Of a DNA stretch of 64,000 bases, positions 53,575 through 63,100 are shown in pieces (the first letter of the stretch is position 1; each line of letters begins with the position of its first letter). The notes under the pieces are model-generated. The model was given only the letters and a program-made list of their open reading frames with translations, had not been told where the DNA came from and did no database searches. The stretch lies in contig JAGBTM010000045.1 in NCBI GenBank assembly GCA_017631325.1, positions 71,348 through 135,347 of the forward strand, given 5' to 3'. This DNA comes from Clostridia bacterium (GTDB lineage Bacteria > Bacillota > Clostridia > Oscillospirales > CAG-272). The position numbers and the translations under genes are program-made.

Positions 53575-55413
53575 ATGAAAAAAGCATTAGACTTATTTTT
53601 GACTTTGTTCATTCTTTTGCTGTCTTTTGCGCTCGCCTCCTGCGATATACCAAGCGACGCACCAAGTGGCGAAGGCGATGGGGAAAAATCCCCCGAGAGC
53701 ATAATTATCCCCGATGCGCCATCGGGCATTCCAGCCTTTAAATTCAGCGAGATAACCTACTCGTCACCCTCGCTTGAGGATATAGAATTAAAGTACAGCG
53801 CAGCGACGGAGGCTGTAAAAAACGGTGATGATTTCGGGGAATGCTTAGAAAAAATCAAGCTTGCATCAAATTCCGCATCTTCCTTTATGACTATGTACTC
53901 CTACGCTACGGTGAAAATGCATATAAACTCTGCCGATAGCTACTACGTAGGCGAGTACGAGCGCCTTGCCGAATGGTACCCCGAGCTTATCAAACTTGAA
54001 GAGGAGCTTTATATTGCCGCGGCTGCATCAAAGGATTACGAGAGGTACGAGAACGAGTGCTTTGGTAAGGGTCTTACAAAAAAGTACGGCGACGGTGGAA
54101 TTTACTCGGACGAGGCCGTATCGCTTCTTGAAAAGGAAGCATCGCTCGTATCAAAATACAATTCTCTCTCAACTGCAAGCGTAATTATCAGCTACGATGG
54201 TATAAGTGACACCTTTGACAACACGGTCGCAAGGCTTGCCGAGAGATACGGCAAATCCTCGGACAGATACAAGACGGCGCTCAAAGAGTGCCGCGCTTTA
54301 TACGAGCAAACGACAGCAAAGGCTTCGCGTGAGATATTTTTGGCCCTCGTAAAAGTGCGAAGAGAAATTGCGGACGAGCTTGGATACGAAAGCTACACCG
54401 ACTATGCCTACGAGCTTTCAGGACACGACTATCAAAGAGAAGAAATGGAAGCGCTTATCAACGATATTTCAAAATACGCCGTACCCGTGTATAAAAAACT
54501 GAGCTACTCGACTTTTAAAAGCACACCCGCGCTGAGCGTAGATACTCCGACGGTCGTAAACGACATCACACGCGCTATCGCAAGCTCTGACAAGGAAATT
54601 TTTGACGTCTATTCGCACATGCTCGTATCCGGGCTATTTAATATTGAGGCGAGCGAAGCAAACCGTTTTCGCGGTTCGTTCACAACCTATTTTATCGACT
54701 TTGGCGCGCCATATCTTTTTGCTACCGTAAAGGGTGACATTTCGGATTATATGACCATATCTCACGAGTTCGGTCATTTCTACGATTACTTTATGAACCG
54801 AAATAAAAGCTCATCTCTTGACCTTGCCGAGATTTCCTCGCAGGCGCTTGAGCTTATAGTACTATGCAATCTGAAAGGCGAGCTTTCGCACAAGGAATAC
54901 TCCTCACTCTTCAGATACGAAATGAAAAGCTCGATGGAAGCCTTGATTTACCAAGCCTTTTATGCAAAATTCGAGCATTTGGTGTACGACCTTAAGGAAA
55001 GCGAAATTACGCCCTCAAGAATTGACGCTGCCGTCGTTGAGGCAGGAAAGCTTATGTCGCTTAATACCGAACATTACAGCTCCTTTGAGAGTATTATGAT
55101 AACGCACCTTTTCACCTCGCCTCTGTACGTTCAGTCCTACTCGACCGCAGCTCTCTCCTCACTTGAAATATTCTTTGCCGAGCTTGAAGAAGAGGGCGAG
55201 GGCGTAGAAATATACCGCGAGCTTGTAAAACGCGATGGGAAACTGAGCTACAAGGAGCATTTGACCTCGGTGGGACTTTCCTCACCGTTTGAAGAGGGAC
55301 TTGTAAAGTCACTATCCGATAAAATACACTTTACGCTTATCGGCTCCCATTTTTTCGAGGAATACAAAAGACCCGCGACGGCCTTCGTTAAAGACGGCAG
55401 GTTCGCCGCGTAG
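53575..55413 (+). CDS. M3-family oligoendopeptidase (PepF-like) lipoprotein
   Basis: Lipobox 'FALASC' at the end of the signal peptide, zinc motif 'HEFGHFYDY', and ~600 aa as for PepF-type enzymes. Confidence 0.85.
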   Translation: MKKALDLFLTLFILLLSFALASCDIPSDAPSGEGDGEKSPESIIIPDAPSGIPAFKFSEITYSSPSLEDIELKYSAATEAVKNGDDFGECLEKIKLASNSASSFMTMYSYATVKMHINSADSYYVGEYERLAEWYPELIKLEEELYIAAAASKDYERYENECFGKGLTKKYGDGGIYSDEAVSLLEKEASLVSKYNSLSTASVIISYDGISDTFDNTVARLAERYGKSSDRYKTALKECRALYEQTTAKASREIFLALVKVRREIADELGYESYTDYAYELSGHDYQREEMEALINDISKYAVPVYKKLSYSTFKSTPALSVDTPTVVNDITRAIASSDKEIFDVYSHMLVSGLFNIEASEANRFRGSFTTYFIDFGAPYLFATVKGDISDYMTISHEFGHFYDYFMNRNKSSSLDLAEISSQALELIVLCNLKGELSHKEYSSLFRYEMKSSMEALIYQAFYAKFEHLVYDLKESEITPSRIDAAVVEAGKLMSLNTEHYSSFESIMITHLFTSPLYVQSYSTAALSSLEIFFAELEEEGEGVEIYRELVKRDGKLSYKEHLTSVGLSSPFEEGLVKSLSDKIHFTLIGSHFFEEYKRPATAFVKDGRFAA

Positions 55414-55473
55414 AGATGCAAAAAATTCGAGTTCAATTTTATACTGATTTATAAGTGTTGCTTTACAAAACGG

Positions 55474-55505
55474 AAAGAGGCCGAAAAACGACCTCTTTTT
55501 CTTTG
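55474..55505 (+). terminator. Intrinsic terminator after the M3 peptidase gene
   Basis: AAAGAGG-ccgaaaaacga-CCTCTTT followed by a TTCTTTGTTT run. Confidence 0.7.
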
Positions 55506-55529
55506 TTTATTTATTTTTTAGTTAACCCC

Positions 55530-55558
55530 TTGATATTGCATACAAATTATGTTATAAT
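55530..55558 (+). promoter_or_regulatory. Near-consensus sigmaA promoter TTGATA-17-TATAAT
   Basis: TTGATA at 55530-55535, a 17-nt spacer, TATAAT at 55553-55558. The predicted TSS (~55565) coincides with the first base of the long helix. Confidence 0.6.
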
Positions 55559-55564
55559 TGTAGT

Positions 55565-55780
55565 GCCAAACTAACTTAATATTTGTGAAATGCGAGTTTT
55601 CTGTTCTTTTCAGAGCAACAAACTCTTTTCGGACATAATATCATTGTTGAATTTGATAAAATGCAAATTCCTATTAAGATGATATTATGCTTTGACACAA
55701 TTTCACTTAAGTTAGTTTGGCGACTATCGGAGTTTGCGTTTTTGTGCGGTTTACTTCGGTAGCCGCACTTTTATATTTTA
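55565..55780 (+). ncRNA. Candidate structured RNA: ~157-nt rod/three-way element + intrinsic terminator (riboswitch-like leader, attenuator, or independent sRNA/6S-like RNA)
   Basis: P1 pairs 55565-55579 with 55707-55721 (15 bp perfect) and 55585-55591 with 55700-55706 (7 bp). The side hairpin is 55594-55625. P3 pairs 55634-55644 with 55679-55689 (11 bp) and 55649-55655 with 55664-55670 (7 bp). A terminator hairpin with a T-tract follows at 55744-55780. Confidence 0.4.
55744..55780 (+). terminator. Intrinsic terminator inside the leader, 22 nt upstream of ATG 55802
   Basis: GTGCGG..TAC-TTCG-GTA..CCGCAC (with a UUCG tetraloop) followed by TTTTATATTTTA. Confidence 0.6.
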
Positions 55781-55801
55781 CTGTTGAAAGGAATTTTAGA
55801 A

Positions 55802-56233
55802 ATGTTTGAAAATGTAGGAGAAAAACTCAAAACTTTATCCAAAATACTAATGATTATTTCCTCTATTTTAGGAATAATAGCTGGCATCAAAATGTTTAAC
55901 ACAAGCGGAGCGCCTACAGCAATAATAATTATAATAATTTCGCCTATCGCTTCATATGTAAGTTTTTTGTCTGTCTATGGAATTGGTGAAATTTTAGTAA
56001 GGACAGAGTCATATAGAGACCACAACTCTAGAAACAAGGAAATCCCGTCTAATTATTCTGATAAGGCTGCAAACGACATAGTTGTAAATTCAGAACACGC
56101 ACCAGTTGTTAAATTAGACAATCATAACGAATGTTTTTGTCCTTCATGCAATGCGGCGCTTTCATTCGAATACACCTTTGGTCTCAAGCAATGTCCCCAC
56201 TGCAAAAAACATTTTAAGATTGAGAAAAAATGA
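55802..56233 (+). CDS. Hypothetical 143-aa 2-TM protein with C-terminal zinc ribbon; AT-rich foreign codon usage
   Basis: AAAGGA RBS upstream of ATG 55802. TM helices 'ILMIISSILGIIAGI' and 'AIIIIIISPIASYVSFLSVYGIG', and the ribbon 'CPSC...CPHC'. It uses 4 TTA, 1 CTA and 5 TCA codons, which neighbouring genes avoid. Confidence 0.5.
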   Translation: MFENVGEKLKTLSKILMIISSILGIIAGIKMFNTSGAPTAIIIIIISPIASYVSFLSVYGIGEILVRTESYRDHNSRNKEIPSNYSDKAANDIVVNSEHAPVVKLDNHNECFCPSCNAALSFEYTFGLKQCPHCKKHFKIEKK

Positions 56234-56241
56234 TTTTATAT

Positions 56242-56285
56242 AAAGAAAGAGATAGCCAGCAGGTTATCTCTTTCTTTATTTTGCT
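56242..56285. terminator. Bidirectional terminator between the small ORF and the ABC exporter gene
   Basis: AAAGAAAGAGATAGCC-agca-GGTTATCTCTTTCTTT followed by ATTTTGCTTTTTT. Confidence 0.75.
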
Positions 56286-56388
56286 TTTTTAATTAAACGG
56301 CCTACCCGTGTGAATTTTCAGAAGGATTTGCCGTCGTTTTTTCACAGCCTACTCACATCAAAAATCTCGACTCTCGGGTGAAAATCGA

Positions 56389-58437
56389 TTATAAGAAGCC
56401 GATGTCCGAGGGCATTTTGTCGGGCTCTGCAGACTCTGCCACAAAGCTGTCTGGCTGCACATCAGTGCCGAGCGCGTGAGGACGAGGCGGGCGGCCACCC
56501 TGCGAGGGCGCATGAGCGTCGCCGTCTATATAACGGCTGGCCTGGGTTGTAAAGAGCTTATGATATTTTCCTCCGAGTGCCATCAGCTCCTCGTGTGTGC
56601 CTACCTCGATAACACTTCCCTCGTCAAGCACGACGATTTTGCTAGCTCCGACTGCGCTGGAAAGACGGTGAGATACGAAAATCGTGAGCTTGTTTTCCGA
56701 AAGCTCCTTAAATCTGTCGAACACCTCTTTTTCCGCTATGGCGTCAAGAGATGCCGTGGGCTCGTCGAGAATGAGAATGTCAGACTTTTTGAAGAATGCG
56801 CGAGCAACTGCGAGCTTCTGCCACTGTCCGCCGGAAAGCTCAATTCCGTCCTCCTCAAAAACTCTGGTAAGGGGGGTATCGTAGCCCTCGGGAAGCTTTC
56901 CTATAAATCCGTCGGCATCACCGTGCTCAGCGGCAAAGACGATATCCTCACCGGTGTATTCGCGTCCTACGTCGCCAAATCGAATATTCTCGCTGACGGT
57001 TTCGGAATACTTGCCAAAGTCCTGGAAAAGTATACCGTAAAGGTCGTACAAAGATGCCGTGTCGTATTCCTTGATGTTTACTCCGTCAAGAAGTATTTCG
57101 CCCTCGGTTGGGTCGTACAGTCTTGTAAGAAGCTTAATAAGTGTCGTTTTGCCTGCTCCGTTAAGTCCGACAAGAACTACGCTATCGTCATTCTTCAGCG
57201 TCAGGCTGACGTTATTTATAACCTTTCTTTCCTTGCCCGGATAAGAGAACGAGACGTTTCTAAGCTCAATGGTATGAGGCTCGCCCTTCCTTACTTTTCT
57301 TGGCTCTGTGGCAGTTGGTACTACGGTTGGCTTCTCGTTGACAAACTCAATCATATTATTTATAAAGAGTGTGCCCTCGTAAATGGTAGCCGTAGCTGTA
57401 AGCAGGGTCGTAACGTAGGTAGAAATAGAGGTGAGTGCGCCCGTGTAAAGCGAATAGTCACCTATCTCACCCTGATTTGATATGACGCTATACGCGACGT
57501 AGAAGAAGAGTGCGCAGTTTGCAAGGGTGGATATAAGTCCCACCGTCATCTGAGTTGCGCCCTCCTTGAGTATGAGGTTCTTCAGTCCCTTATAGTATTT
57601 AGCAAAGACCACCTTATACTTATCGATAAAGGTCTTTCCAAGACCGAGAATACGGATTTCCTTAACCATATCCTTGTTTACCATCGCGTTTGAATAATAG
57701 TTCATAGCTCGGCGCTCCTTGGAATGACGGCGCATGTACCAGAAGCTTCTGTGACGGTAAACGTAGTTGACCACGGCACCGGGAATTGAAATGGCTATTA
57801 TAACGAGCGGCGCAAATGGGTTAAGCGAGGCAAGAACCGCGACGAAGGATATAGCGCTTATGCAGGTGCTGATAACACTGAAGGTCGCAGAGAGAATTTG
57901 TATCGGGCGCATACCCGCCTCTCTGTTTGCGTTCTCGAGCTTCTCGTAAAACTCGGGACGGTCAAAGGACGCAAGGTCAACCGTATCTGCCTTTTTAACA
58001 ATTTTCAGCTTTATGTGATTTACGACAAGCTCACCTGCAATGCCTGTGACAATGCCGTTGATTTTAGCCGCAATTTTAGACAAAAAGAGGTACAGAAAAT
58101 AGAAAATAAACAGGAACGTAATCGGGCTCATAGCCGCAATTACGGCTTCGGCTCCCGAGCCTATCGACTTCGTAAGAAGCTCGGCTATGGCGTTAAGCAG
58201 GTCCTTTGAAATATAGGCGCCAAACACAGGCAAAATACCGTTAAAGGCACAAAGCGCCATCATAGCTATAAGCACGAAGGGGGACGCCTCCCATACAAGA
58301 GCTACTATGTAAAACAATCTTGTGAAAAATCCCTTTATCATCTCGGCAAAATAGCGTGGCAAATCCTTTATCCCCTCGGGCTTTTTGATGCCGTCGTCAG
58401 GGCGCTTCGGACCGAGAAAATCCTTATCTTTTTTCAC
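56389..58437 (-). CDS. ABC exporter, fused permease/ATPase (MsbA/multidrug type)
   Basis: A 6-TM domain followed by Walker A 'GLNGAGKTT', signature 'LSGGQWQK' and Walker B 'ILILDEPT'. GTG 58437 is preferred (AAAGGAG RBS). The ~45-aa Pro/Gly/acidic C-terminal tail is unusual. Confidence 0.85.
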   Translation of the reverse strand: MKKDKDFLGPKRPDDGIKKPEGIKDLPRYFAEMIKGFFTRLFYIVALVWEASPFVLIAMMALCAFNGILPVFGAYISKDLLNAIAELLTKSIGSGAEAVIAAMSPITFLFIFYFLYLFLSKIAAKINGIVTGIAGELVVNHIKLKIVKKADTVDLASFDRPEFYEKLENANREAGMRPIQILSATFSVISTCISAISFVAVLASLNPFAPLVIIAISIPGAVVNYVYRHRSFWYMRRHSKERRAMNYYSNAMVNKDMVKEIRILGLGKTFIDKYKVVFAKYYKGLKNLILKEGATQMTVGLISTLANCALFFYVAYSVISNQGEIGDYSLYTGALTSISTYVTTLLTATATIYEGTLFINNMIEFVNEKPTVVPTATEPRKVRKGEPHTIELRNVSFSYPGKERKVINNVSLTLKNDDSVVLVGLNGAGKTTLIKLLTRLYDPTEGEILLDGVNIKEYDTASLYDLYGILFQDFGKYSETVSENIRFGDVGREYTGEDIVFAAEHGDADGFIGKLPEGYDTPLTRVFEEDGIELSGGQWQKLAVARAFFKKSDILILDEPTASLDAIAEKEVFDRFKELSENKLTIFVSHRLSSAVGASKIVVLDEGSVIEVGTHEELMALGGKYHKLFTTQASRYIDGDAHAPSQGGRPPRPHALGTDVQPDSFVAESAEPDKMPSDIGFL

Positions 58438-58527
58438 CTTAGCTTCTCCTTTCTTGACCGCTGTACTTGGCAGTCCTTTCAAAAAGTTTATATAAAGTTT
58501 ATACGAATACACAATAAACGTTTAAAT

Positions 58528-59025
58528 TCAAGTTAAAAATCCGTGCGATAGTAAGACGCCGCTCTCGGTGAGATTTATGACACCGTAGCTTTTGAGGGAA
58601 AGATATCCCTCGCCTATGCTTCCGGGGTTAAAAAGATACACCTCATCTTCGCTGTAAAACTTTTCGTAGGGCTGGTGGGTGTGTCCAAAAAGGACTATGT
58701 CGGCACAGCTTCTTTTAGCAAGTGAAATAAGCTCTCCGTATCCCGATTTCGCGCCGTAGCGGTCACCGTGAGTGAGGACTATTTTCTTTCCTACAAGGGT
58801 GATGGTGTCGGTTATTTTGGCCTCTCTGTTATCGACCTCGCGAAAGGTATCACAGTTCCCTCTGACGAAAATCCAGGCAAGTTTTGTGTACTCAGAGACA
58901 AGAGGCATAATATCCAAAAGTCCGTCACCGAGAAAGAAAACCACCTCTGCGTCACGGTGCAAGGAAAGTGCGCGTCTTATTCCACGCGAGGTGCCGTGGG
59001 AGTCGGAAAAGCATAAGCATTTCAT
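58528..59025 (-). CDS. YfcE-family metallophosphoesterase
   Basis: 'CFSDSHG', 'FLGDG', 'VRGNCD' and 'GHTH' are calcineurin-like phosphoesterase motifs; 165 aa. Confidence 0.85.
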   Translation of the reverse strand: MKCLCFSDSHGTSRGIRRALSLHRDAEVVFFLGDGLLDIMPLVSEYTKLAWIFVRGNCDTFREVDNREAKITDTITLVGKKIVLTHGDRYGAKSGYGELISLAKRSCADIVLFGHTHQPYEKFYSEDEVYLFNPGSIGEGYLSLKSYGVINLTESGVLLSHGFLT

Positions 59026-59143
59026 AGCCGTGAACCTTTCTTAAAAAATTGCATAAGATATTAAAAACGAATAATGAGGGTAGCCTATGGCTTCGGGGAA
59101 AATCCCACCCTTGCTATTCAAAAGTCTACTTAAGGGGGGTAAA

Positions 59144-59368
59144 ATGAGAATTAACAAACAACAGTTAGAAAAGCTTGTAGCGTTGCCTGACGAGGAGCTT
59201 TGGAAACAGATAGTAGCATTCGGAAAAGGCTACGGTGTTACGATGCCCGAGAAAGCTCCCTCCCACGATGAGTTAACAAAGCTTCGTGGGATAATCAGCG
59301 GTGGCAAAATCAGTCTTACAGACGCCGCAAAAATTCTGAACCAATACAGAAAGGGGGGTGGCGTGTGA
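59144..59368 (+). CDS. Hypothetical small protein (74 aa), first of three coupled ORFs
   Basis: ATG 59144 follows AAGGGGGG. The protein is predicted helical. Its stop overlaps the next start (GTGTGA). Confidence 0.45.
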   Translation: MRINKQQLEKLVALPDEELWKQIVAFGKGYGVTMPEKAPSHDELTKLRGIISGGKISLTDAAKILNQYRKGGGV

Positions 59369-59706
59369 CGGGAGAATTCGATATTTCAAGGGTTATTGGA
59401 CTTATAATGGAAAATCCAAAGCTCATTGAACAGATAGCCGCGCTCGCCAAGGGAACCTCCAGCCCCAAAGACGAGGCCGTTGCCCCACAAATAACGGAGG
59501 AGAGCGTCCCAGAGGTCAGAGAGCCTGTGGCCGAGGACAAGGAAAGCGTACAAAGCTCCGTCCCGATACGCGACAGAAGCTACGGAATGAAAAACCGCTC
59601 GCAGCTGCTTGGCGCGCTAAAGCCGTACGTCTCGAGGGAGAGAGCGCAGGCAATAGACTCTATGCTGTCAATAGTAGAGATACTTGACGTAATGAAGGGG
59701 GGTTAG
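59365..59706 (+). CDS. Hypothetical protein (113 aa), acidic/Pro-rich middle
   Basis: The GTG start overlaps the upstream stop. Conserved-looking ends are 'ENPKLIEQIAALAKG' and 'LLGALKPYVSRERAQAIDSMLSIVEIL'. Confidence 0.45.
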   Translation: MTGEFDISRVIGLIMENPKLIEQIAALAKGTSSPKDEAVAPQITEESVPEVREPVAEDKESVQSSVPIRDRSYGMKNRSQLLGALKPYVSRERAQAIDSMLSIVEILDVMKGG

Positions 59707-59711
59707 GCGAA

Positions 59712-60086
59712 GTGTATTCAAGAAGCTACCCTACGGAAAGACAAACTACCGCGAAGGTGCCAAACAGATACGACGGCTGTGCCTTTAGCGACGAAAAAAT
59801 ATGCGAAAATCTCGACACGCCCCCTGCCTTATGCGAGCCGGAGGAAGAAATTGAATGCTCCTGCGAGGTGCAAGGGCATAAGAACGATGAGAGCTCGCAA
59901 GCCAAAGGCGGATTTCTCTCGGGTATACTAGGCTCGCTATTTGGCGGTGGAAGGGTGGGATTTGGACTCCCAAAAATCGGAGCCGAGGAAATACTTATTA
60001 TTGCAACTGCACTTTTCCTTTTGTTTTCAAAAGAGGGGGATAACGAGTGCGCACTGCTTCTTCTTTTGCTTTTACTTATAAACTAG
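59712..60086 (+). CDS. Hypothetical protein (124 aa) with Gly-rich segment and C-terminal TM
   Basis: GTG start 5 nt after the upstream stop. Features are 'GGFLSGILGSLFGGG' and the TM 'ILIIATALFLLF...LLLLLLLL'. Confidence 0.4.
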   Translation: MYSRSYPTERQTTAKVPNRYDGCAFSDEKICENLDTPPALCEPEEEIECSCEVQGHKNDESSQAKGGFLSGILGSLFGGGRVGFGLPKIGAEEILIIATALFLLFSKEGDNECALLLLLLLLIN

Positions 60087-60092
60087 CTATGT

Positions 60093-60120
60093 GGCTGAGC
60101 CTAAGACGGCTCAGCCTTTT
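60093..60120 (+). terminator. Intrinsic terminator after the three small ORFs
   Basis: GGCTGAGCC-taagac-GGCTCAGCC followed by TTTT. Confidence 0.7.
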
Positions 60121-60134
60121 AGCTTAGGTGCTGT

Positions 60135-63100
60135 TCAGAACAGCGAAAACTGGTTTGTTTCGGACAGGCCGTCGAGAACGTGATTTCGTCTGAGAAGCTC
60201 TATTACGGCCTTAGAAATACCGGTATGCTGACGAAGGTCCTCTATGGAATAAATTTCATGCTCGTCGCGGGCGGCTATTATCTTGTCCGCCGCCTTGTCG
60301 CCAAGTCCCGGAAGAGAGTTAAAGGGCATTCTTATTCTTCCGTTTTCGGGCAGGAATGCAGTAGCGTCGGACTTCTTAAGGTCTACGTTCAAGAATTTAA
60401 CGCCTCTTGCCATAGCCTCGCGCACAAGGTATAGGGTCTGGCAGGTTTCATTTTCCTTTGCAGTTGCCTCAACACCCTTTTCCTCTATTTCCTTAATATG
60501 TGCCGAGACACCCTCGTAGCCGCGTCCGACAATTTCTGCGTCAAAGCCGCCCGGCGCAACGGTAAGGAATGCTGCGTAGAACTCCATAGGATAATAAATC
60601 TTGTACCAGCCAAGGCGTATAGCCGACATATCGTAGGCCGCTGCGTGCGCCTTGGGGAACATGTACTTAATCTTTTTACACGACCAGATGTACCATTCGG
60701 GAACACCGTGCTCGAGCATTTCCTTTTCGTAATCAGGCTTAAGTCCTCTGCCCTTTCTGACATCCTCCATTATTTTGAAGGCAACAGAGTTATCAAGGCC
60801 CTTTTGGATAAGGTAAATCATAATACCGTCACGTGTTCCAACGACCTCGGAAATCGTACAGGTTCCTGCCTTGATAAGCTCCTGAGCATTGCCGAGCCAC
60901 ACGTCAGTACCGTGTGTAAGACCTGAAATCTGAAGAAGGTCGGCAAAGGTTTGTGGCTTTGCGTCTATTAGAACCTGCTGAATAAATCTCGTACCCATCT
61001 CGGGTATGCCGTAGGTACCGAGCAAACAGCCTCCTATATCAGCGGGAGAAATACCCAGGGGGCGTGTCGAGGCAAACAGCTCGTAGACCGAGCGGTCGTT
61101 CATTTTGACGTCAAGAACGCTTGTGTTCGTGTAGCGCTCAAGCATCTTATATTTAGTCGGAATATCGTGTCCAAGCTCGTCGAGCTTAAGTATGGTATCG
61201 TGTAGATACGTGAACTGAAAGTGCGTGGTGATGATATCGGATTTCGGGTCGTCGGCAGGGTGCTGTACAGGTGTGAAGTCGTATATATCGTACTCTCTCG
61301 GTACAACGATAATTCCACCGGGGTGCTGACCCGTGGTACGCTTGATGCCTACCATTTTGGTAACCATGTGCGACATTTCTGCCTTGGGAATTTTGATTTT
61401 GCGCTCCTCAAGGTATTTGCTGATATATCCCCATGCGGTTTTGTCCGCGAGAGTACCTGTAGTTCCCGCTCTGAAAACGTGGCCCTTGCCAAAGAGGTCC
61501 TCGGTGTATTTATGCACTCTTCCCTGAACGTCACCTGAGAAGTTAAGGTCGATATCGGGAGATTTATCACCGTAGAAGCCAAGGAACGTTTCAAAGGGGA
61601 TATCGTGTCCGTCCTGGAATAACAGCTCTCCGCAGACGGGACATCTCTTGTCAGGTAAATCAAAGCCGGAGCCAACCGAGCCGTCGGTAAAGAACTCGCT
61701 ATACTTGCACTTCAGGCATCTGTAATGTGGCGGCAGAGGATTGACCTCGGATATGCCCGACATCGTAGCAACGAGCGACGAACCGACCGAGCCACGCGAG
61801 CCTACGAGGTAACCGAGACTCTCGGAATACGCAACGAGCTTAACGGCTATCATATACAGAACGGCAAATCCGTTCTTGATAATAGAATCCAGCTCCTTTT
61901 TAAGTCGCGTTTCAACCACCTCGGGCAAATTTTCGCCAAACCATTCGCGAGCTCTCTTCCAGCAGGACTCGGCAAGCTCCTCGTTTGCACCCGGTAAAGA
62001 CGGCTGATACGAGCCCTCGGGAATGGGGCGTATGCGCTCGCACATATCGGCAATTTTCGATGGGTTTTCAATAACAACCTCGCGCGCAATATCCTCACCG
62101 AAATACTCAAATTCAGCGAGCATCTCGTCGGTTGTGCGCAGGTAAATCGGCATTTCCTTGTCTGCGTCTGAGAACTTCATGCCGGCCAGCAGAATACGGC
62201 GGTATATCTCGTCCTCCTTGTTAAGAAAATGAGCGTCACAGGTAGCGCAGACTGGTTTGCCAAGCTTTTTGCCGAGCTTGTAAATTCGGCGGTTTATGTC
62301 CTTTAGCGCCTCCTCGTCTGCTACACGCCCCTCGTCTATGAGGAAACGGTTGTTAGAAAGAGGCTGGATTTCAAGATAATCGTAGAACGAGGCAATTTCC
62401 TCTATCGCATCGTCACTTCTGCCGTCGAGAATAGCTCCGTACAGCTCGCCAGCCTCACAGGCAGAGCCTATTATGAGTCCCTCTCGGTGCTGCTCTATTA
62501 TGGATTTCGGCATTCTCGGGAAGCGTCTGTAATAGTCAAGGTAGCTATACGATATAAGCTTATAGAGGTTCTTCAGGCCCTCCTTGTTTTTTGCGAAGAT
62601 TATCATGTGGTAGGGTCTGAGCTTCAAGGGGTCGGTCTTTTCGCTCATTGCCTCCATCATAGCCGTAAAGGTGGATATGCCCTCGCTCTTAAGTCTGTCG
62701 AGCATTACGAAGAATATAGCCGCAAGCATTTCGGCGTCGTCTGACGCTCTGTGGTGGTGAAAATCACCGAGCTTGTAATGCTCTGCTATTATATTTAGCT
62801 TGTGCTTTGTAAGCTCAGGGTTTACGTACTTCGAGAGGCCTACCGTGTCGAGATACGGGTTCTTAAAGGGAATATTCTGTCTTTCCGAGGCAACTCTGAT
62901 AAAGCCTACGTCAAAGTTCGCATTATGCGCTATGAGAAGCCTGTCCCCTGCAAATTCAAGGAACTGTAAAATCGCCTCGCGCTCCTTTGGAGCGCCCTTA
63001 ACCATATCGTCAGTTATTGAGGTGAGGTTGGTTATTTCGGGGGGGATTGGACACTCGGGGTCAACGAAGATGTCAAACTTTTCGAGCACCTTACCCTCTT

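Noticed and set aside
55565-55721. MITE or other inverted-repeat mobile element
   Set aside because: The 15-bp perfect terminal inverted repeats fit a MITE. However, the flanks (..TGTAGT | GACTAT..) show no target-site duplication, I see no second copy in 64 kb, and the left arm starts exactly at the predicted TSS of a consensus promoter. I therefore favour a transcribed structured RNA. A whole-genome copy count would settle it.
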